Shown: piece by piece, positions 62,128-64,000 of the stretch
Layout of the letters: each line of letters starts with the position of its first letter
How positions within the stretch are numbered: the first letter of the stretch is position 1
Source: an uncultured Bacillota bacterium
Lineage (GTDB): Bacteria; Bacillota; Clostridia; Christensenellales; Borkfalkiaceae
NCBI GenBank assembly: GCA_949283775.1
Contig: CASDTU010000026.1
Location: 668 to 64,667, forward strand
Reading direction: 5' to 3'
DNA length: 64,000 bases
Program-made: the position numbers and the translations under genes
Notes under the pieces: model-generated
Databases searched by the model: none
What the model saw: the letters and a program-made list of their open reading frames with translations, nothing else
Told to the model about the DNA's origin: nothing

Positions 62128-63102
62128 TTATCCTACGATCCCGGAAAAAAGATTGACGATCCAAAGAATGACGCACAGCGCTACGCCGATCAGCGATGCC
62201 AAAACGAAGGGTTTGAGTTTACCTTCCTTTTTGCGGTTTAACTTTTTGTCGATAAAGAGCATATACGCCATCGCTCCGATCAGGCAAAGTGCGGATACGA
62301 CATAAATGACAACGGACCCCGCCGTACCGATCTTTTCCAAAAAGGAAAATTTCAGATCGAACACGACGACGGCATTGTTTAAAAAATGCAAGACGACCGC
62401 CGGCAGGATCGAATCCGCCCGAAGCACGAGGAGCGCAAACACGCAGCCGCATAAAAACTGATAGATCGTCTGCGCGGGATTTTGGTGAAAGATCGAAAAC
62501 AGCGCGCCGCAGACCAGGCAGGCCGCTACCGTACCGCAATCTTTGATGCCTTCCAAAAGAATGCCGCGGAAGATCGTCTCTTCGCACAGCGCCGGCAGGA
62601 CGGCGATCACCAATAGAACGAGCAAAAACCGCGCCCCCTCCACGGACGGAACGGACGAATCCGGCATCTGATAGCCGATCTTAGAAAGCGCCTCTAAAAA
62701 CAGGGTATTGACCCAATTTAAACTGAAAAGTAGTCCGAAAGCCAATAAAAAGGCCAGCAAAAAATACTTCGGATGCGTCTTTCTGTACCCAAGCGCGCGA
62801 AAACTCGTCTTATCGATCTTTTTGTAAACCACAATAAAGACGGCAAAAACGACCTGGTACAGCAGATAGGAGCAGTATTTATACCACTCCGTTTCCGTCA
62901 AAGCGTCTATGCTCTGCCCGCTCTGCCGCGCCGCCATTGCGAGCGTAAAGGAAAACAGCAAAGATACAAACAGCATCGCGAGAATCACGCCCGAAAACGC
63001 CATGCCAGCCATCGTCTTTTTGCTGCGTGAAATCATTTCCGGCCCCGCATTATTCGGTTCCGTGCCAAAGGCCCCGTTTGAAAAATTTTGTTCCTGTTTC
63101 AT
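62128..63102 (-). CDS. CPBP-family intramembrane glutamic endopeptidase (CAAX protease-like)
   Basis: Contains the motifs EETIFRG, FSIFH and HFLNN in a polytopic protein. The start is uncertain: the ATG at 63100-63102 was chosen, and the ORF extends to 63159. Confidence 0.8.
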   Translation of the reverse strand: MKQEQNFSNGAFGTEPNNAGPEMISRSKKTMAGMAFSGVILAMLFVSLLFSFTLAMAARQSGQSIDALTETEWYKYCSYLLYQVVFAVFIVVYKKIDKTSFRALGYRKTHPKYFLLAFLLAFGLLFSLNWVNTLFLEALSKIGYQMPDSSVPSVEGARFLLVLLVIAVLPALCEETIFRGILLEGIKDCGTVAACLVCGALFSIFHQNPAQTIYQFLCGCVFALLVLRADSILPAVVLHFLNNAVVVFDLKFSFLEKIGTAGSVVIYVVSALCLIGAMAYMLFIDKKLNRKKEGKLKPFVLASLIGVALCVILWIVNLFSGIVG

Positions 63103-63207
63103 GCCTTTATTATATAGGAAAAAAATTTTTAAGTAAATAAAAATCTTTCCCTTTTTCAAATTTTTCTGCTATAATACTGTTGAATCATTTTACAAAGGAC
63201 TTCTACT

Positions 63208-64000
63208 ATGCGCACAGTCAACAGTAGTCAAATCGAAAATTGCGTTTACGATCTTGCCAAACGCGCCTGTCTGCACCTCATTCCCTCCTGCAAGGCCGCT
63301 TTAACGGCTGCTTTGGCGCAGGAAGAGAGCGGCAGCGCCGCCGCGTTCGCGCTGGAAACGGTTTTGAAAAACGCCGATACCGCCGCCGCAGAACAAATGG
63401 CTGTCTGCCAGGATACCGGCTACGCCGTCGTATTGGCGGAGATCGGACAGGACGTTCATATCGAAGGCGATCTCCTATCCGATTGCGTCGATCGGGGCGT
63501 GCGGCGCGCTTATCAGGATTTTTGTTTCCGCAAAAGCGTCTGCGATCCCCTTACCCGCGTCAATACCGCGGATAATACGCCCGCCGCACTGCACGTTCAA
63601 ATCGTGCCGGGCGACGCCGTAAAACTTACCTTTCTTCCCAAAGGCTTCGGCAGCGAAAATATGTCGAAACTCTTTATGCTCACCCCCGCAAAAGGGAAAG
63701 AGGGTATCCTCGAAGCCATCGTCGAAACCGTGCGCCTGGCCGGAAGCAAACCCTGTCCTCCCGTCTACGTCGGCGTAGGCATCGGCGGAACGTTTGATAC
63801 CTGCGCATTCCTTGCAAAAAAGGCGCTCACGCGCGAAATCGGCTCAAAAAATCCGCGCGAAGACGTCGCCGCAATCGAAAAGGAAGCCCTCGCAAGGATC
63901 AACGCGCTGCAAATCGGCGCACAGGGATTCGGCGGAAAAGTAACCGCCCTCGGCGTATCCTGCGAAATAGCCCCCACGCACATCGCGGGGCTTCCCGTCG
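63208..64000 (+). CDS. Class I (Fe-S) fumarate hydratase / tartrate dehydratase alpha-type subunit, N-terminal part (runs off the window end)
   Basis: My own translation from the ATG at 63208 reads MRTVNSSQIENCVYDL...MAVCQDTGYAVV...KGFGSENMSKL...PCPPVYVGVGIGGTFD, the Fe-S hydro-lyase alpha-domain signatures. There is no stop before the window end, so it is absent from the ORF track. Confidence 0.85.
   Translation, partial: MRTVNSSQIENCVYDLAKRACLHLIPSCKAALTAALAQEESGSAAAFALETVLKNADTAAAEQMAVCQDTGYAVVLAEIGQDVHIEGDLLSDCVDRGVRRAYQDFCFRKSVCDPLTRVNTADNTPAALHVQIVPGDAVKLTFLPKGFGSENMSKLFMLTPAKGKEGILEAIVETVRLAGSKPCPPVYVGVGIGGTFDTCAFLAKKALTREIGSKNPREDVAAIEKEALARINALQIGAQGFGGKVTALGVSCEIAPTHIAGLPV

Overview
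This is a 64-kb chromosomal segment of roughly 50% GC (by eye). Its gene content and synteny fit an anaerobic Firmicute of the class Clostridia. That placement is an inference from the rnfCDGEAB operon, indolepyruvate:ferredoxin oxidoreductase, a reverse rubrerythrin, a T-box leader and prs-pth-mfd-prsA-like synteny. I support 49 protein-coding genes, most on the minus strand. I also support one tRNA-Gly(CCC), one Leu T-box leader upstream of leuA, several intrinsic terminators and three sigma-A-like promoters. Core blocks are: the str operon (rpsL-rpsG-fusA-tuf); a small alarmone synthetase; leuA; a paaK-iorA-iorB-paaK-ACT arylpyruvate cluster; ppx-maf; the Rnf operon; mtnN-luxS-ung; and tadA-prs-pth-mfd. 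I saw no rRNA, CRISPR array, transposase, integrase or phage genes, so this is mainly a core region with a few islands of unknown function. The best candidates for undescribed biology are listed here. (1) A divergent MreB-like ATPase is start/stop-coupled to maf and followed by two paralogous 8-TM proteins of no family I recognise, where mreC/mreD would be expected. (2) A 1467-aa signal-anchored orphan giant protein. (3) A 1266-aa lipoprotein with three jelly-roll-like modules, a C-terminal TM helix and an acidic tail. (4) Two paralogs share an unrecognised YRRSF..IQS..LYLA..KITG domain, and one of them is membrane-anchored and ends in a ribosomal uL15-like domain. (5) RnfD carries an extra C-terminal TM helix plus an FMN_bind-like domain. 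Several short tandem duplications and periodic intergenic motif arrays are also recorded. All functional calls rest on motif recognition by eye; no database search was run.
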